DNA of 64,000 nucleotides from Bacteroidota bacterium (GCA_013289475.1 JABCZW010000003.1:17845-81844); one strand, 5' to 3'; positions 9,649 to 20,423 are shown, numbered from the stretch's first letter. The notes: generated by a model from the sequence alone, not told the origin. Translations and numbers: made by a program.

Positions 9649-12600
9649 CTATTTCTGTAACACTATCTTTTTAATAACAGTGCCCTTATCGCTAGTTATC
9701 TTCAACGCATAAATACCATTAGGCAAGTAGTTCAGATTAATGCTTTCAGTATTATTTACAGCGCCGGCATTTATTTGCTTATTATACACCTTATTCCCAA
9801 GTTCATCAAAAATTGATATTACGGCCTGCTCCAATCGTGGTATCTGAATATTTACATACCCATTGCTAGGCACCGGGTAAACTTTTACCCCCTGAAGGGA
9901 ATTATTTAAATTTTGAATACCCACAACCACAATTGCGGTATCACAAGGTAAAGTTTCATCGCAATACCAACTTGTTACATTTACACAATATGTCCCTGTA
10001 TCAATACCGGTTGCCAGGGCCGTAGTTTGAACAGGAATTGTACTCCATGAATAATGATATTCAACAGTATCACCGGGAGGAACGCCACCCGAAACATATA
10101 CCTGTATCCAGCCATCATTGCAAGCGTTACACGATGCATCATGTACAACAAAACTGTCTATTTTCATTTTGCCGGCAGCACCAATATAAGGCACAGCAGA
10201 TGTATTACAGCCATTAAAGTCGGTAACTGTGCAAACATAACTGCCGGGACCCACGCCTGCTATTGAATCAGTTGTAGAGCCCGTACTCCAATTGTAAGTA
10301 TAGGGAGATGTACCACCTGAAGGATACACAATTGCAGCCCCCCCGCTTAATGAGCCAAAACAAACACCAATTGTCTGGGTAATTACATTCAGTTTTGCCG
10401 GCTGCATTATTGTAATTGCTGACTGTACTGTGCAGCCAGACGAATCGGTTACAGCACAGGTATAGGCACCGGCAGCAAGGTTTATAGCAAAGCTATTTGT
10501 TCCGGCACCTAAGGACCATTGGTATGTATACGGAGAAACTCCACCGGTTACATTTACAACAGCACTGCCTGTTTTCTGTCCGTAACAGGCAATTGAAGAA
10601 TTTGGTGTAATCACTACTTTGGGTCCGCCGGTATCGGCCACAACTATATTTACCGTATTTAAACAGTTTAAAGAATCAATCACTATACAAGTATATGTGC
10701 CCTCTGCCAGATTTGTAACAGAAGCCGATGTTTCGCCACCCGGAGACCATGAATAAGCATAAGGTGTTACGCCACCTGAAACAATAACTGTTGCGGCACC
10801 TGTATGTTTTCCGCATTTAGTAACTGTAGCTATTGTATCTATAACTATTGCTGCCGGGCTCGTAACTGATACCACAACCTGGCTTGCAGTGCATTTATTT
10901 ATATCGGTTATGGTGCATGTATATGTCCCAACAATAGCAGTATCCAGGAACATAGTTGTTCCGCCCGAAGGAGACCATGAATACGAGTAAGGTGTTGTGC
11001 CCCCGGTTACTCCTACTTTAGCATTACCATTATTACCACCATAACAACTAACATTATGCTGCATTGCAATACTGTCTCTTATCGGTAGAGGCTGAGTTAT
11101 GACTATGGCTACAATACCAGTACACCCTATACTATCGGTAGCGGTAAAAGTATAGGCACCTGCAATAAGCCCCGAGGCCATAAGACTACTTCCGCCAGAA
11201 GGAGACCAATTATAAGTATATGGCAACTTTCCACCAGAAACAAAAACAGTAGCAGTTCCGTTTGAACCACCATTACAACTTACGTTAGTAGAACTGCTCA
11301 AGCTGTCTTTAGGTCCACCTATATTGGGCACGGTCACCACCGGGCTCCTGGTACAACCAAGAGAATCAGTAACTATACACGTATATGAGCTTGCAGGTAA
11401 CGCAGTATCGAGTGCATTTGTATTACCATTAGACCAGGAATATATATAAGGCGATACGCCACCTGAAACACTGACACTTGCAGCACCAACATTCTTAGAA
11501 CAAGGTGTTGCAGTATACGATGTTATTGTATTAATTTTAGGGGGCTGAGTTATGGTTATGGTATCTGTAGTACTGCATTTATTAAAATCTTTTATTACAC
11601 AGGTATAAGTGCCAGCAATAATATTATTCGCAATGGCATTGGTTGCAATAGATGGCGACCATGTATATGAATAAGGAGTTGTGCCTCCAATAACACCAAC
11701 TATTGCCTTACCGCTATTAGACCCATTGCATTTTACATTCGTTGAACTTACAGTACTGTCTTTAAGCAGTGGCGGTTGAGTAATAGTAATTGTAACCGGA
11801 GTAATACAGCTATTTGAATCAGTAGCAGTAAAAGTATATGAGCCGGCAATTAAATTGCTTACCGAAGAACTTGTTCCCAGCCCTGCCGACCATGCGTAAA
11901 CATATGGCTTTGTACCGCCTTTAACTGCAATTGAAACATTACCGTTGTTACCACCATAGCATAGTATGTTAGTTTGTTTCTTAATACTATCTATTAATAG
12001 TGGTGGCTGCTTAATTGTAAAATTAAAGTTATAGGTTATACCCTTTAGGTCTATAACACTTGCTGAATAACTACCTGCCTTCAATCCTTTAATTGTATCG
12101 GTAGTTGCACCATTGCTCCATGAATATTTTAAAGGATAATGGCCACCTCTAACACGCATTATTGCCAAGCCTGCACTATCTCCAAAACATTTATTATCCT
12201 TTGTAATTAATGATGCCGTCATTACTTCTAAAAGATCTCCTCCCGGATTGACACCGCATGGGCCATTAACATCTAAATTAAAAAGCACCGTATCATGCTT
12301 CCCTGATGTATCGCAACGAAATATAACCCCGCTGTATGCAGCATTACTGCTGGTACCGCCTAAACTAGTCATCCCATATAACAAACCATCCGAAGCTTGT
12401 ATAAGGCTTCCTTTAGGGGAAGCTCCGTTATTTTGATTAAACACGAATAATACTGAATCTATAAGCGATACAGGATTGAAGCTGAACAAATTGCCGTAGG
12501 CACTGCTATTATTATAGACCATGCCATAGAGTAATCCGTTAGTTGCTTGCATTAAACTACCATAAGGGTTCCGGCCATGTATATCATCAAAATTATATAC

Positions 12601-13380
12601 TACCGTTTCAGTATTGCTTGTAGTATCAAACGTAAATATTACGCCATCATTACTTGCGCCACCCTGGTTAGCCATACCATAAAGCAATCCATTTGAAATT
12701 TGCACTAAACTACCATATGGATATGCTCCATTTGTACCATTAAAACTGCTTAGTAAAGTATATTGTGATGTGGTTATATTAAAAGAAAATATTACTCCGC
12801 CGTTGGATGCACCACCAAGATTGGTCATGCCATATAGCAATCCGTTTGATGCCTGTATAAGATTACCATAGGGGGTGGCTCCACTCGCACTATTGAAATC
12901 ATAAATATCTGTGTATTTTGACAACAGAGGATCAAAACTAAAGAGCACCCCGCCACCAAATTTGCCTCCGGCCGAAGTCATGCCATATAATATACCATTT
13001 GAAGCCTGTACTAAACTGCCATATGGTGTAGCTCCATGTGTCACATCAAAAGTAAACAATACGTTGCTTGTATTAGATGTTGGGTTATAATCAAACAACA
13101 CCCCCACATTACTCACACCTCCAGTCGATGTCATGCCATATAACAGGCCATTGGTTGCCTGCATCAGGTTGCCAAACGGGGTTTTACCCTGATTTCCCTG
13201 GAACCCTTCTTTAAAGTATATAGTATCCTTACCCGCTATGGTATCAATATCAAATATCGTTCCAAAATAAGTAGCCTGGTTAGATGTAAGCCCATACATC
13301 AGGCCATTAGTTTGTGACGAGCCTTTTTCAAATAGCCCAATAAGCAAAAATAAAAACAGAGTGATATTGATTCTTTTCAT
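9649..13380 (-). CDS. T9SS-secreted surface protein: N-terminal GloVer-type (LYGMTxxGG) tandem repeats, ~9 SprB repeats, C-terminal T9SS type A sorting domain
   Basis: Signal peptide; ~7 repeats of PYGxLxQASNGLLYGMTxxGG; repeated GGTxPYxYxWS..L.AGxYT..VTD..C; C-terminal KVYPVPS...GIYALKI....KKIVLQK. Confidence 0.9.
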   Translation of the reverse strand: MKRINITLFLFLLIGLFEKGSSQTNGLMYGLTSNQATYFGTIFDIDTIAGKDTIYFKEGFQGNQGKTPFGNLMQATNGLLYGMTSTGGVSNVGVLFDYNPTSNTSNVLFTFDVTHGATPYGSLVQASNGILYGMTSAGGKFGGGVLFSFDPLLSKYTDIYDFNSASGATPYGNLIQASNGLLYGMTNLGGASNGGVIFSFNITTSQYTLLSSFNGTNGAYPYGSLVQISNGLLYGMANQGGASNDGVIFTFDTTSNTETVVYNFDDIHGRNPYGSLMQATNGLLYGMVYNNSSAYGNLFSFNPVSLIDSVLFVFNQNNGASPKGSLIQASDGLLYGMTSLGGTSSNAAYSGVIFRCDTSGKHDTVLFNLDVNGPCGVNPGGDLLEVMTASLITKDNKCFGDSAGLAIMRVRGGHYPLKYSWSNGATTDTIKGLKAGSYSASVIDLKGITYNFNFTIKQPPLLIDSIKKQTNILCYGGNNGNVSIAVKGGTKPYVYAWSAGLGTSSSVSNLIAGSYTFTATDSNSCITPVTITITQPPLLKDSTVSSTNVKCNGSNSGKAIVGVIGGTTPYSYTWSPSIATNAIANNIIAGTYTCVIKDFNKCSTTDTITITQPPKINTITSYTATPCSKNVGAASVSVSGGVSPYIYSWSNGNTNALDTALPASSYTCIVTDSLGCTRSPVVTVPNIGGPKDSLSSSTNVSCNGGSNGTATVFVSGGKLPYTYNWSPSGGSSLMASGLIAGAYTFTATDSIGCTGIVAIVITQPLPIRDSIAMQHNVSCYGGNNGNAKVGVTGGTTPYSYSWSPSGGTTMFLDTAIVGTYTCTITDINKCTASQVVVSVTSPAAIVIDTIATVTKCGKHTGAATVIVSGGVTPYAYSWSPGGETSASVTNLAEGTYTCIVIDSLNCLNTVNIVVADTGGPKVVITPNSSIACYGQKTGSAVVNVTGGVSPYTYQWSLGAGTNSFAINLAAGAYTCAVTDSSGCTVQSAITIMQPAKLNVITQTIGVCFGSLSGGAAIVYPSGGTSPYTYNWSTGSTTDSIAGVGPGSYVCTVTDFNGCNTSAVPYIGAAGKMKIDSFVVHDASCNACNDGWIQVYVSGGVPPGDTVEYHYSWSTIPVQTTALATGIDTGTYCVNVTSWYCDETLPCDTAIVVVGIQNLNNSLQGVKVYPVPSNGYVNIQIPRLEQAVISIFDELGNKVYNKQINAGAVNNTESINLNYLPNGIYALKITSDKGTVIKKIVLQK

Positions 13381-13406
13381 GTATGATATACGAAGGTCTT
13401 ACTATG

Positions 13407-13414
13407 CAAAGTTA
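13407..13414 (-). promoter_or_regulatory. Bacteroidota -7 element (TAACTTTG) for the T9SS gene
   Basis: CAAAGTTA on + strand, 26 bp upstream of ATG 13380. Confidence 0.6.
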
Positions 13415-13455
13415 CTAAAAACCAGCCCATAAAAGAAATTTATTAATTTAACTTG

Positions 13456-13465
13456 CCCCCCCCCC
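13456..13465. repeat. C10 / G10 homopolymer tract
   Basis: Ten consecutive C in the intergenic region upstream of the T9SS gene promoter. Confidence 0.9.
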
Positions 13466-13491
13466 TTAACACTTAGGATTAGAAGTACTTA

Positions 13492-14433
13492 TCAGTTTTT
13501 GCCTTGAGAATCGGCAAATCGTTTCTGTAAAACCTTTAATATATTTCTGCCGATTATATTTGGGGCTTTTAGCCTGTATAATAAAACAACAGCATTTATA
13601 TACTTACTTACCTTCTTATATTTCGTCAACAACTCAAGCGATTCTTTATCCCTATCTATATATGCAAGACGGGCAATATCCTCCATTCTTTTAATTACCA
13701 ATTGGCCATAGTCTATGTGCTTGGCATATATTTTTATTAATGAAGGGTACCATTTTTTCATGGTAAATGATAAACTGCTGGAACGCACCCTATATCTCAT
13801 CGAAACATAATCAGAAAATATAAATTTATATTCCCTCGCAAGCCTAAGCCACATATCGTAGTCTTCATAAGCCAGATTCTCATCAAATTGTCCAACTTTC
13901 TTATAAGCCTCCATTTTTATCAATACCGTGGGAGAAGGCATGAACAGATGCAGCAACAATAATGGCTCGTATATATTCCCGGTAGGAATATCTTCAAACC
14001 CCTTATAATAACGCTGTATAAACCAGCCATACATAGGGCTTCCGTCATCTTTCATAAGATAAGCATCCGAAAAAACCGCACAAACATCGCTTCCCGCTTT
14101 TTCAAGAATATTAACCTGCACACTGATTTTATCAGGCATCATTGCATCGTCGGTAGCTAAAAAAGCTACATACTTGCCATTTGCGTTATTTATTATTGCA
14201 TTGCATACAACGCAAACGCCCATGTTTTTTTCGTGCGCAATTAATTTAAATGGTTTATTATAGCTTTTCAGCCACTCCCTTATCATGCCCAGGCTCTCAT
14301 CTGTTGAGCAATCATCTATAATAACCAGTTCAATATTATCGTAAGTCTGCTCCTCAATACTTTTTAATGTATCAAGTACATACTTCGCATTATTATAATT
14401 GCCTACACCAATTGTAACCAGCGGTTGCGACAT
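13492..14433 (-). CDS. Glycosyltransferase family 2
   Basis: PLVTIGVGNYN, IIDDCSTD, FLATDD, EDYDMWLR motifs. Confidence 0.9.
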   Translation of the reverse strand: MSQPLVTIGVGNYNNAKYVLDTLKSIEEQTYDNIELVIIDDCSTDESLGMIREWLKSYNKPFKLIAHEKNMGVCVVCNAIINNANGKYVAFLATDDAMMPDKISVQVNILEKAGSDVCAVFSDAYLMKDDGSPMYGWFIQRYYKGFEDIPTGNIYEPLLLLHLFMPSPTVLIKMEAYKKVGQFDENLAYEDYDMWLRLAREYKFIFSDYVSMRYRVRSSSLSFTMKKWYPSLIKIYAKHIDYGQLVIKRMEDIARLAYIDRDKESLELLTKYKKVSKYINAVVLLYRLKAPNIIGRNILKVLQKRFADSQGKN

Positions 14434-14441
14434 CCCACAAT

Positions 14442-15566
14442 CTATTTAAGGAAACCATTTATGCTATCAGCAATATACTTTACATTGCTGTTAATTAAAC
14501 CGGGATATATTGGTAAACTCAAACAAGTATCAGCTATTTCTTCTGCTATAGGAAAGTCGCCCAATTTAAACCCGAGGTTTTTGTAAGCCTTTTGTAAGTG
14601 AGGCGGAACCGGGTAATGTATCATGGTGCCAATACCACATTCTTCCAAATATTTCTTCAATTCATCCCTTCGTTTTGTTCTTACCACAAATTGATGGTAC
14701 GCATGATATGTTTCTGTTATAGTATAAGGTAATATAAGGCCCGGCGTATTTTTTAACAGAGACAAATAATGCTCTGCAATTACCTGTCGCTCCCTATTCC
14801 ATTTATCGAGATAGTTTAGTTTAACCATAAGAAAAGCTGCCTGTAATTCATCTAACCGACTATTAATACCCTTATATGTGTTATAATACTTTTCTTCGCT
14901 TCCGTAGTTCCTTAAAGCTCTTAATACTCTATTTAATTCTTCATTACTTGTTGTAATCATACCGCCATCACCCAATGCACCCAGGTTTTTACCCGGATAA
15001 AAACTGAAACCTGCTGCCTCAGCGAGTGATCCCGCCTTATTTCCTTTATATAATGCACCATGCGCCTGTGCAGCATCTTCAATAACAATTAAGCTATGTT
15101 TCAGGGCTATATTATTAACAGCCCCCATATCGACGCATTGACCATATAAGTGAACCGCAATGATGGCTTTAGTCCGCGATGATATTTTACTTTCTATATT
15201 TTTTGCATCAATATTGTAAGTTGCCATATCCGGTTCAACCAACACAGGCTTAAGCCCTACCCTGTCTATTGCTAGTACGGTGGCTATATATGTATTCGAT
15301 GGCACAATTACCTCATCACCATCCTTCAATGCACGCATTTCTTTATATGCCTCCAGGATAAGAATGAGCGCATCCAATCCGTTCGCAACTCCTATAGCAT
15401 GTTTAGCATCACAATAACCTGCAAATGCTTTTTCAAACTCCTCTAGCTGGCCACCAAGTATAAATTGTCCTTTATCAAGTACCTTCTTAAATGCACCTGT
15501 CAATTCATTCTCTAATACAGAATTGACACTTTGCAAATCAAGAAATGGTATTTTCATCTTATTCAT
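14442..15566 (-). CDS. fdtB: DegT/DnrJ/EryC1/StrS sugar aminotransferase (FdtB/QdtB-like dTDP-3-keto sugar transaminase)
   Basis: [49 protein letters not shown]; same operon as FdtA. Confidence 0.85.
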   Translation of the reverse strand: MNKMKIPFLDLQSVNSVLENELTGAFKKVLDKGQFILGGQLEEFEKAFAGYCDAKHAIGVANGLDALILILEAYKEMRALKDGDEVIVPSNTYIATVLAIDRVGLKPVLVEPDMATYNIDAKNIESKISSRTKAIIAVHLYGQCVDMGAVNNIALKHSLIVIEDAAQAHGALYKGNKAGSLAEAAGFSFYPGKNLGALGDGGMITTSNEELNRVLRALRNYGSEEKYYNTYKGINSRLDELQAAFLMVKLNYLDKWNRERQVIAEHYLSLLKNTPGLILPYTITETYHAYHQFVVRTKRRDELKKYLEECGIGTMIHYPVPPHLQKAYKNLGFKLGDFPIAEEIADTCLSLPIYPGLINSNVKYIADSINGFLK

Positions 15567-16514
15567 TTATTCCATTTCATCTATTACAGAAAGAAAAACC
15601 TTACTCATGTACTCTATATCTTTAGTTTCAATATCCTGGTGTATGGGAAAATTTAACATACTATTCGAAATATGATACGACAAAGGGAATGAGGCTCTAT
15701 CAATTTGCTCAATTAACCGATAATAAAGCGACATAACTGTTACACCCTTGTCTATCAATTTAAAATATACCTTTTCCCTGTTTTGGTTATGTATTAATAC
15801 TGGAAAATTAAGCGGCACAACTCCTTCGGGAACATTTGAATGCAAAATTGAATATTTTTTACCGGGCGACTTAAGCAAGCTCAGCATCATATTATAGTTC
15901 GCAATTCGCCTGGTTTTAATTGCATTATAATCAGCAGTATGGGCAATATACAAAGTCTCGTGCGAAATTTCCTCGCCATTACTTCCATCTTGGCCTTGTG
16001 TAACAGTACCAGTATAAGTATAAAACCCCCCGTCTTTTGTCGGCAGGTATTTATGGATTGAAAAAAAGGCATAATGCCCGACACTTCCAATCATCTTATG
16101 GCTCTCAACATACGCATTCATGGCATGTGCACAATCTTCAATCAATGCAATATTTTCAGCGTCACATAGCTGCTTTAGTTTTACTATATCTACCTGAAAA
16201 AAACTAAAATAATGAATCACCAGTATTGCCTTAATCTTTTTCTCTTTTACTTTCTTAACTATATCACTATAGTCCAGTTCCAGCTTCTCATTTATTTTAT
16301 AAAAATCATATTTAACGCCCGACGCTCTCACAGGGTCAAATACCCCAGAACCCTCTTTGTCTGTTATTCCAATATAGGCGGGAAGCAACAGAAATTCATT
16401 TTCCTTAAAATTTATTTGTTGTATAATCTGGCGAAAAGCTTCCCTGGCCGAAGGCTTATAACGGACAGGAAGAACGTTATGATTACTATTGGAAGCTTCT
16501 TTGGTTATTGCCAT
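15567..16514 (-). CDS. Divergent DegT-like PLP-dependent aminotransferase
   Basis: LVIHYF, LIEDCAHA, FSIHKYLP..GG, FPIHQ; only 315 aa. Confidence 0.75.
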   Translation of the reverse strand: MAITKEASNSNHNVLPVRYKPSAREAFRQIIQQINFKENEFLLLPAYIGITDKEGSGVFDPVRASGVKYDFYKINEKLELDYSDIVKKVKEKKIKAILVIHYFSFFQVDIVKLKQLCDAENIALIEDCAHAMNAYVESHKMIGSVGHYAFFSIHKYLPTKDGGFYTYTGTVTQGQDGSNGEEISHETLYIAHTADYNAIKTRRIANYNMMLSLLKSPGKKYSILHSNVPEGVVPLNFPVLIHNQNREKVYFKLIDKGVTVMSLYYRLIEQIDRASFPLSYHISNSMLNFPIHQDIETKDIEYMSKVFLSVIDEME

Positions 16515-16569
16515 TTACTAACCCGCTATTTGCGTATTAATTATAAAGCTCATTAAAAATTGAGCGATA

Positions 16570-17328
16570 TCAAATTTTAATCATTATTGCATGTCCGTTA
16601 AGATTGTGAATAAACACCCCATCTTTCAGGTTAAGCCCATTTACATACTTGGTAACTCCTTCACATCCCCAGGCAGAATAATCATCAAAAACTACCACAC
16701 CTTTCGATACCATCCTTGGCCATGCATATTCAAATACCCCTCGCGCCGATTCAAAAGTATCAACATCAATATGGCATATCTTTAATTTCTTTATATCCAG
16801 TTTGTTTTTAAAAGCATCCGGAAATATTCCCTTAAGTATTTTATATTTTGTCAGCCCAGCCTTTTGCATAAGCTTTTTTACAATTGTTTCACTGGTATCA
16901 GCATGCTCACCACCTTTATAAATGGTATCTTGTTTTCCCGCCTTAGCCACACCTTTAAATGTATCAGCCAGGTATAATGTTGATGAAGTTGCCTTTTTAT
17001 TGGCTTCACCCATTATAGCACCCGATCCTCCCTGCCAAACTCCAACTTCGAGTATATCACCCTGAAGCGCAACGGCCCTTTTAACCAAAGCCCATAATTC
17101 ATAACACCGGTAAATATCCACCAGCGTATTATTCCTGGCAATATCATATATCTTTTTAAACTCCTTATCTGTCTCCCATGGAGAATACGAAGCAGACGGC
17201 ACTACTTGTTTATGCACAATAGTGCTGTCTAATTGAGTGAAGCTGGTTTCTCTTAAGGCATTCAATATCCTTTTTCTCTCATTTCTCAGAAGCTCAAGAT
17301 ATTGGTCTTTATTTTTTTCGCTATTCAT
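16570..17328 (-). CDS. TylF/MycF/NovP-family O-methyltransferase
   Basis: GDILEVGVWQGGS, DTFKG, KGIFPD, HIDVD, FDDY motifs. Confidence 0.88.
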   Translation of the reverse strand: MNSEKNKDQYLELLRNERKRILNALRETSFTQLDSTIVHKQVVPSASYSPWETDKEFKKIYDIARNNTLVDIYRCYELWALVKRAVALQGDILEVGVWQGGSGAIMGEANKKATSSTLYLADTFKGVAKAGKQDTIYKGGEHADTSETIVKKLMQKAGLTKYKILKGIFPDAFKNKLDIKKLKICHIDVDTFESARGVFEYAWPRMVSKGVVVFDDYSAWGCEGVTKYVNGLNLKDGVFIHNLNGHAIMIKI

Positions 17329-17336
17329 GAAAACAG

Positions 17337-18296
17337 TTATTTTTTTTGCGTTAATACTTGAAAAATGTTCCGGTAAATATATTCAATGTCCTCATCCCTC
17401 AAATTCTGATGCGAAGGTATAAAAAAGCCGCCTCCGCCATAATATACCGTTGATTCTATTCCTTTATTGTTCAATTCAATTTTCAATCTGTCACTCAAAG
17501 GGGTTTGGGGCAATTGAAAAACAAAACAAGCAGGTACGTTGTTTTTATTCAATTTAAACCTGGGCCCGATTCCATGTTTGGCAAAAAGGTTCAAAAACTT
17601 GTTATAGTTCTCTTTTTTCTTTTTAACAAAGCCTTTATGTTTTTTAAAATAATAGTGCAACAGGGTTAACAGATAATTTTTTGAATACCGTGAAATAGCA
17701 GATGATGTACTAAGCTTGTTTCTTGACCGAACAAGCCCACCATACGATAAAGGGAACATTTTCGAAAAACTATATATAGCATAATCTCCAACCATTCCTA
17801 TATTCCCGGCTTCATTCTGCGATCCAAGGCAATATGCGCAATCTTCAATAATTGGTATACCTGAATTCAGCACACTTTCCGGTATACTGGCAGAGAAACC
17901 AAATTCGTGTATAATAAAAATGCATTTTGTTTTTTCGCAAATACTCCTGCCCCATTTGCATATCTTCTCAATCTCACTCGTTACCGAACTGCTTATATAT
18001 GGGCTGCCGGATGTGTTAAGAATACAAACCTCATCAAGCCTTTTGAGTTTAAGGTGCTGCAAAACCATCGAAATTCCTTCCTGTCCTCTTTTGGTAACAT
18101 AAGAAAACTTCTTAGCATCTTTAAAATACCGGTCAAGAGAACTGTCCTTATAATCGTCTTTTTTATTCTCGAGGTATATTTTATGGTTGATCGCCAGGTA
18201 TTCAGTATTAAAAGGACTTATTAAAAAATGAGGGAATACTCTTGGGTGAGAGTTAATAATATCATCAGGAAGTTCATGTAATTTACTTTTAGCCAT
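17337..18296 (-). CDS. Divergent DegT-like PLP-dependent aminotransferase
   Basis: IHEFGF, IIEDCAY, YSFSKMFP..GG, IPSHQNL; 319 aa. Confidence 0.75.
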   Translation of the reverse strand: MAKSKLHELPDDIINSHPRVFPHFLISPFNTEYLAINHKIYLENKKDDYKDSSLDRYFKDAKKFSYVTKRGQEGISMVLQHLKLKRLDEVCILNTSGSPYISSSVTSEIEKICKWGRSICEKTKCIFIIHEFGFSASIPESVLNSGIPIIEDCAYCLGSQNEAGNIGMVGDYAIYSFSKMFPLSYGGLVRSRNKLSTSSAISRYSKNYLLTLLHYYFKKHKGFVKKKKENYNKFLNLFAKHGIGPRFKLNKNNVPACFVFQLPQTPLSDRLKIELNNKGIESTVYYGGGGFFIPSHQNLRDEDIEYIYRNIFQVLTQKK

Positions 18297-18299
18297 TTG

Positions 18300-19061
18300 T
18301 TATTTTTTTTTACTGCTTTCCTTCATTAAGCATACATATACTTCGGCGCCCAGATCAGGCATATATTTTATCATCCTGCCTAATCCCTCTATAACATTCA
18401 TGTCAATTAGTTTTTCTTTCACCAGGCAATTCATTTGTTTATGGGTAAATGGCTTAATGAAGTATGAGCCAGAATCAACGACTGTAAATCCGGCAGACGA
18501 AACCATATCAATCATTGTTTGTTTGCTGAAAACATGAAACCGCTGAAACTTTATCTGTTCTTCCGAACGCTGGTTCAGGTCTTGTATCAAACCCGATTCT
18601 TTAGCTAATACCCTATGAAAAGAGAATTCATTCGGCGCGCTTATATACACATATGTTTTGTCACCCGCAATTCTATAAATGCTGTTAATAATCTCCATGG
18701 GGTCAGGAATTTCACCCAAAAGGCCTACACACATAATAAAATCAGGAACCTGTTCAAGTGCAACCACCTCTTGCGCGGTCTTTTGTACTATCTTAACTTT
18801 ATCCTTTAAATGATGGTATTCGTTGTTGAGCTTATCGGTAACAAAATCGCAAAAACCCTGCGCGGGTTCAATAATCGTAAGCATTTCAAAATCTTCAAAG
18901 TCAAGGAAAAGCGGGTTTATACCACAGCCTATTTCCACCAACCTCTTGGGCTTTAGCTTTTTTATTAATTCAATTTCAATATTTTTCTTTCTATAATCCG
19001 ACAGAATATGATCGAAATTATCTTCTACATATTCGCTATAATATTTATTCAGATCTCTCAT
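18300..19061 (-). CDS. Class I SAM-dependent methyltransferase
   Basis: LVEIGCG motif I, LLGEIPDP, APNEFSFHR, KPFTHKQM. Confidence 0.8.
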   Translation of the reverse strand: MRDLNKYYSEYVEDNFDHILSDYRKKNIEIELIKKLKPKRLVEIGCGINPLFLDFEDFEMLTIIEPAQGFCDFVTDKLNNEYHHLKDKVKIVQKTAQEVVALEQVPDFIMCVGLLGEIPDPMEIINSIYRIAGDKTYVYISAPNEFSFHRVLAKESGLIQDLNQRSEEQIKFQRFHVFSKQTMIDMVSSAGFTVVDSGSYFIKPFTHKQMNCLVKEKLIDMNVIEGLGRMIKYMPDLGAEVYVCLMKESSKKK

Positions 19062-19063
19062 TC

Positions 19064-20008
19064 TTATATTTCCTTTTCAAAAGTTAATTTAGGTGATACA
19101 TCGCAACCAATGCTTCGTTTAAATTCAACAAGGCCGTAATTGGGAATACTATTTTCAGTTGATGGCCCTATATCCACATATTCCATTCCCATTTTTTTAT
19201 AATAGTCGAATAAATTGTATGATAGAAAATTTACCGGCTTAAAGGATGAAAACTCTGCCAAATGCCCCCAATAAACCACTTGTACTATTTTATCGGTAAC
19301 CTTAAAAACCATTGCAGCTGCAGCATTTTTCCCTGCGTTATCGGTTACAATAAAAAAATCGGCATCAATTATACTATTTGTTTCCAGGATATTATCGAAA
19401 CTCATCTTTAATGGGAACCCACGCTGTTTGCGATTTTCAGAGATAATATCATATGCTTCCTTTATCTTTTCCGGTTCACTTACTTTATAAAAGCAAAGCC
19501 CGGCACGCATGCCGGCGTTATAATTTTTCCTGGCATTATAAGCAACATCCTGAAGGTAGTTTTCAGTGAAATTACCCAGGTTGAATTGAAAATTAAGATC
19601 GTTACTTACTATAGAGTATTTCTTCCGGTGAAAAACATTCCAAATAACCGATATTTCAGATTCATTATAAAACAAGGGAGGCATCGTAATTCTTATCCCT
19701 TTAACCTGCTTAGCTGATAAATAGTTTTCAAGTGCATCGTAAGCCAACTCAAGTTCTTCAATATCAACACCACCCTTATAACACCATCCCCCAAAAGGCG
19801 CAGAGAACGGGGATCTGAATTGATTATTACTCACACCCCCAATAATTCCGATATTACTTTTATTGTTATTTGAAAAAGCAAGAAACAATACCTCACTAAC
19901 CTTCGCTTTATTCAGCAGGTTAAATTCAGGCTTGTTAAATACATGATTGGGCTCCGGAAACCTTTTACCAAATTCAATACTATCTAATTCCTCAACTTTC
20001 ATTCCCAT
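19064..20008 (-). CDS. GNAT/FemAB-like acyltransferase
   Basis: SPFSAPFGG, VVYWG, DIGPSTENSIPNYGLVEFKRSIG motifs typical of glycan-locus GNAT proteins. Confidence 0.75.
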   Translation of the reverse strand: MGMKVEELDSIEFGKRFPEPNHVFNKPEFNLLNKAKVSEVLFLAFSNNNKSNIGIIGGVSNNQFRSPFSAPFGGWCYKGGVDIEELELAYDALENYLSAKQVKGIRITMPPLFYNESEISVIWNVFHRKKYSIVSNDLNFQFNLGNFTENYLQDVAYNARKNYNAGMRAGLCFYKVSEPEKIKEAYDIISENRKQRGFPLKMSFDNILETNSIIDADFFIVTDNAGKNAAAAMVFKVTDKIVQVVYWGHLAEFSSFKPVNFLSYNLFDYYKKMGMEYVDIGPSTENSIPNYGLVEFKRSIGCDVSPKLTFEKEI

Positions 20009-20027
20009 TACAGGTTTTGCAGTTTAT

Positions 20028-20423
20028 TTATTTAGCCTGTTTAAATTCATCATAATCCCGTATATAATCATCTTCATTATATTCAGAAGATGACAGGCAT
20101 AGTAAAACGGCTCCGTCAGTAAATTTAATAGTTCTCCAATACCCGCCCGGTATATAAAGTGCAATGGACGGGCTATCAAGAATAAATTCAAGTTTCCTGC
20201 CACCACGGTCTTCAAGTTCAAAAACTATTTTACCATTAAGTGCGCAAATTACCTGGCTTGAATTTTTATGGGCATGGTGCCCTCTTATAATATCGGCAGG
20301 GGTATTGTATGTCCAGTAAGCTCTTTTTATGTCAAACGGCACCTTTCCGCATTCCTCGGCAACAGTAAGATAGCCGATAGATGCATTACCAATTTTTCCT
20401 AAATCAATTATATAAGGCTCCAT
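20028..20423 (-). CDS. fdtA: dTDP-4-keto-6-deoxyhexose 3,4-ketoisomerase (FdtA/QdtA, WxcM-like cupin)
   Basis: VPFDIKRAYW, RGHHAHK, YNEDDYIRDYDEF motifs. Confidence 0.9.
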   Translation of the reverse strand: MEPYIIDLGKIGNASIGYLTVAEECGKVPFDIKRAYWTYNTPADIIRGHHAHKNSSQVICALNGKIVFELEDRGGRKLEFILDSPSIALYIPGGYWRTIKFTDGAVLLCLSSSEYNEDDYIRDYDEFKQAK

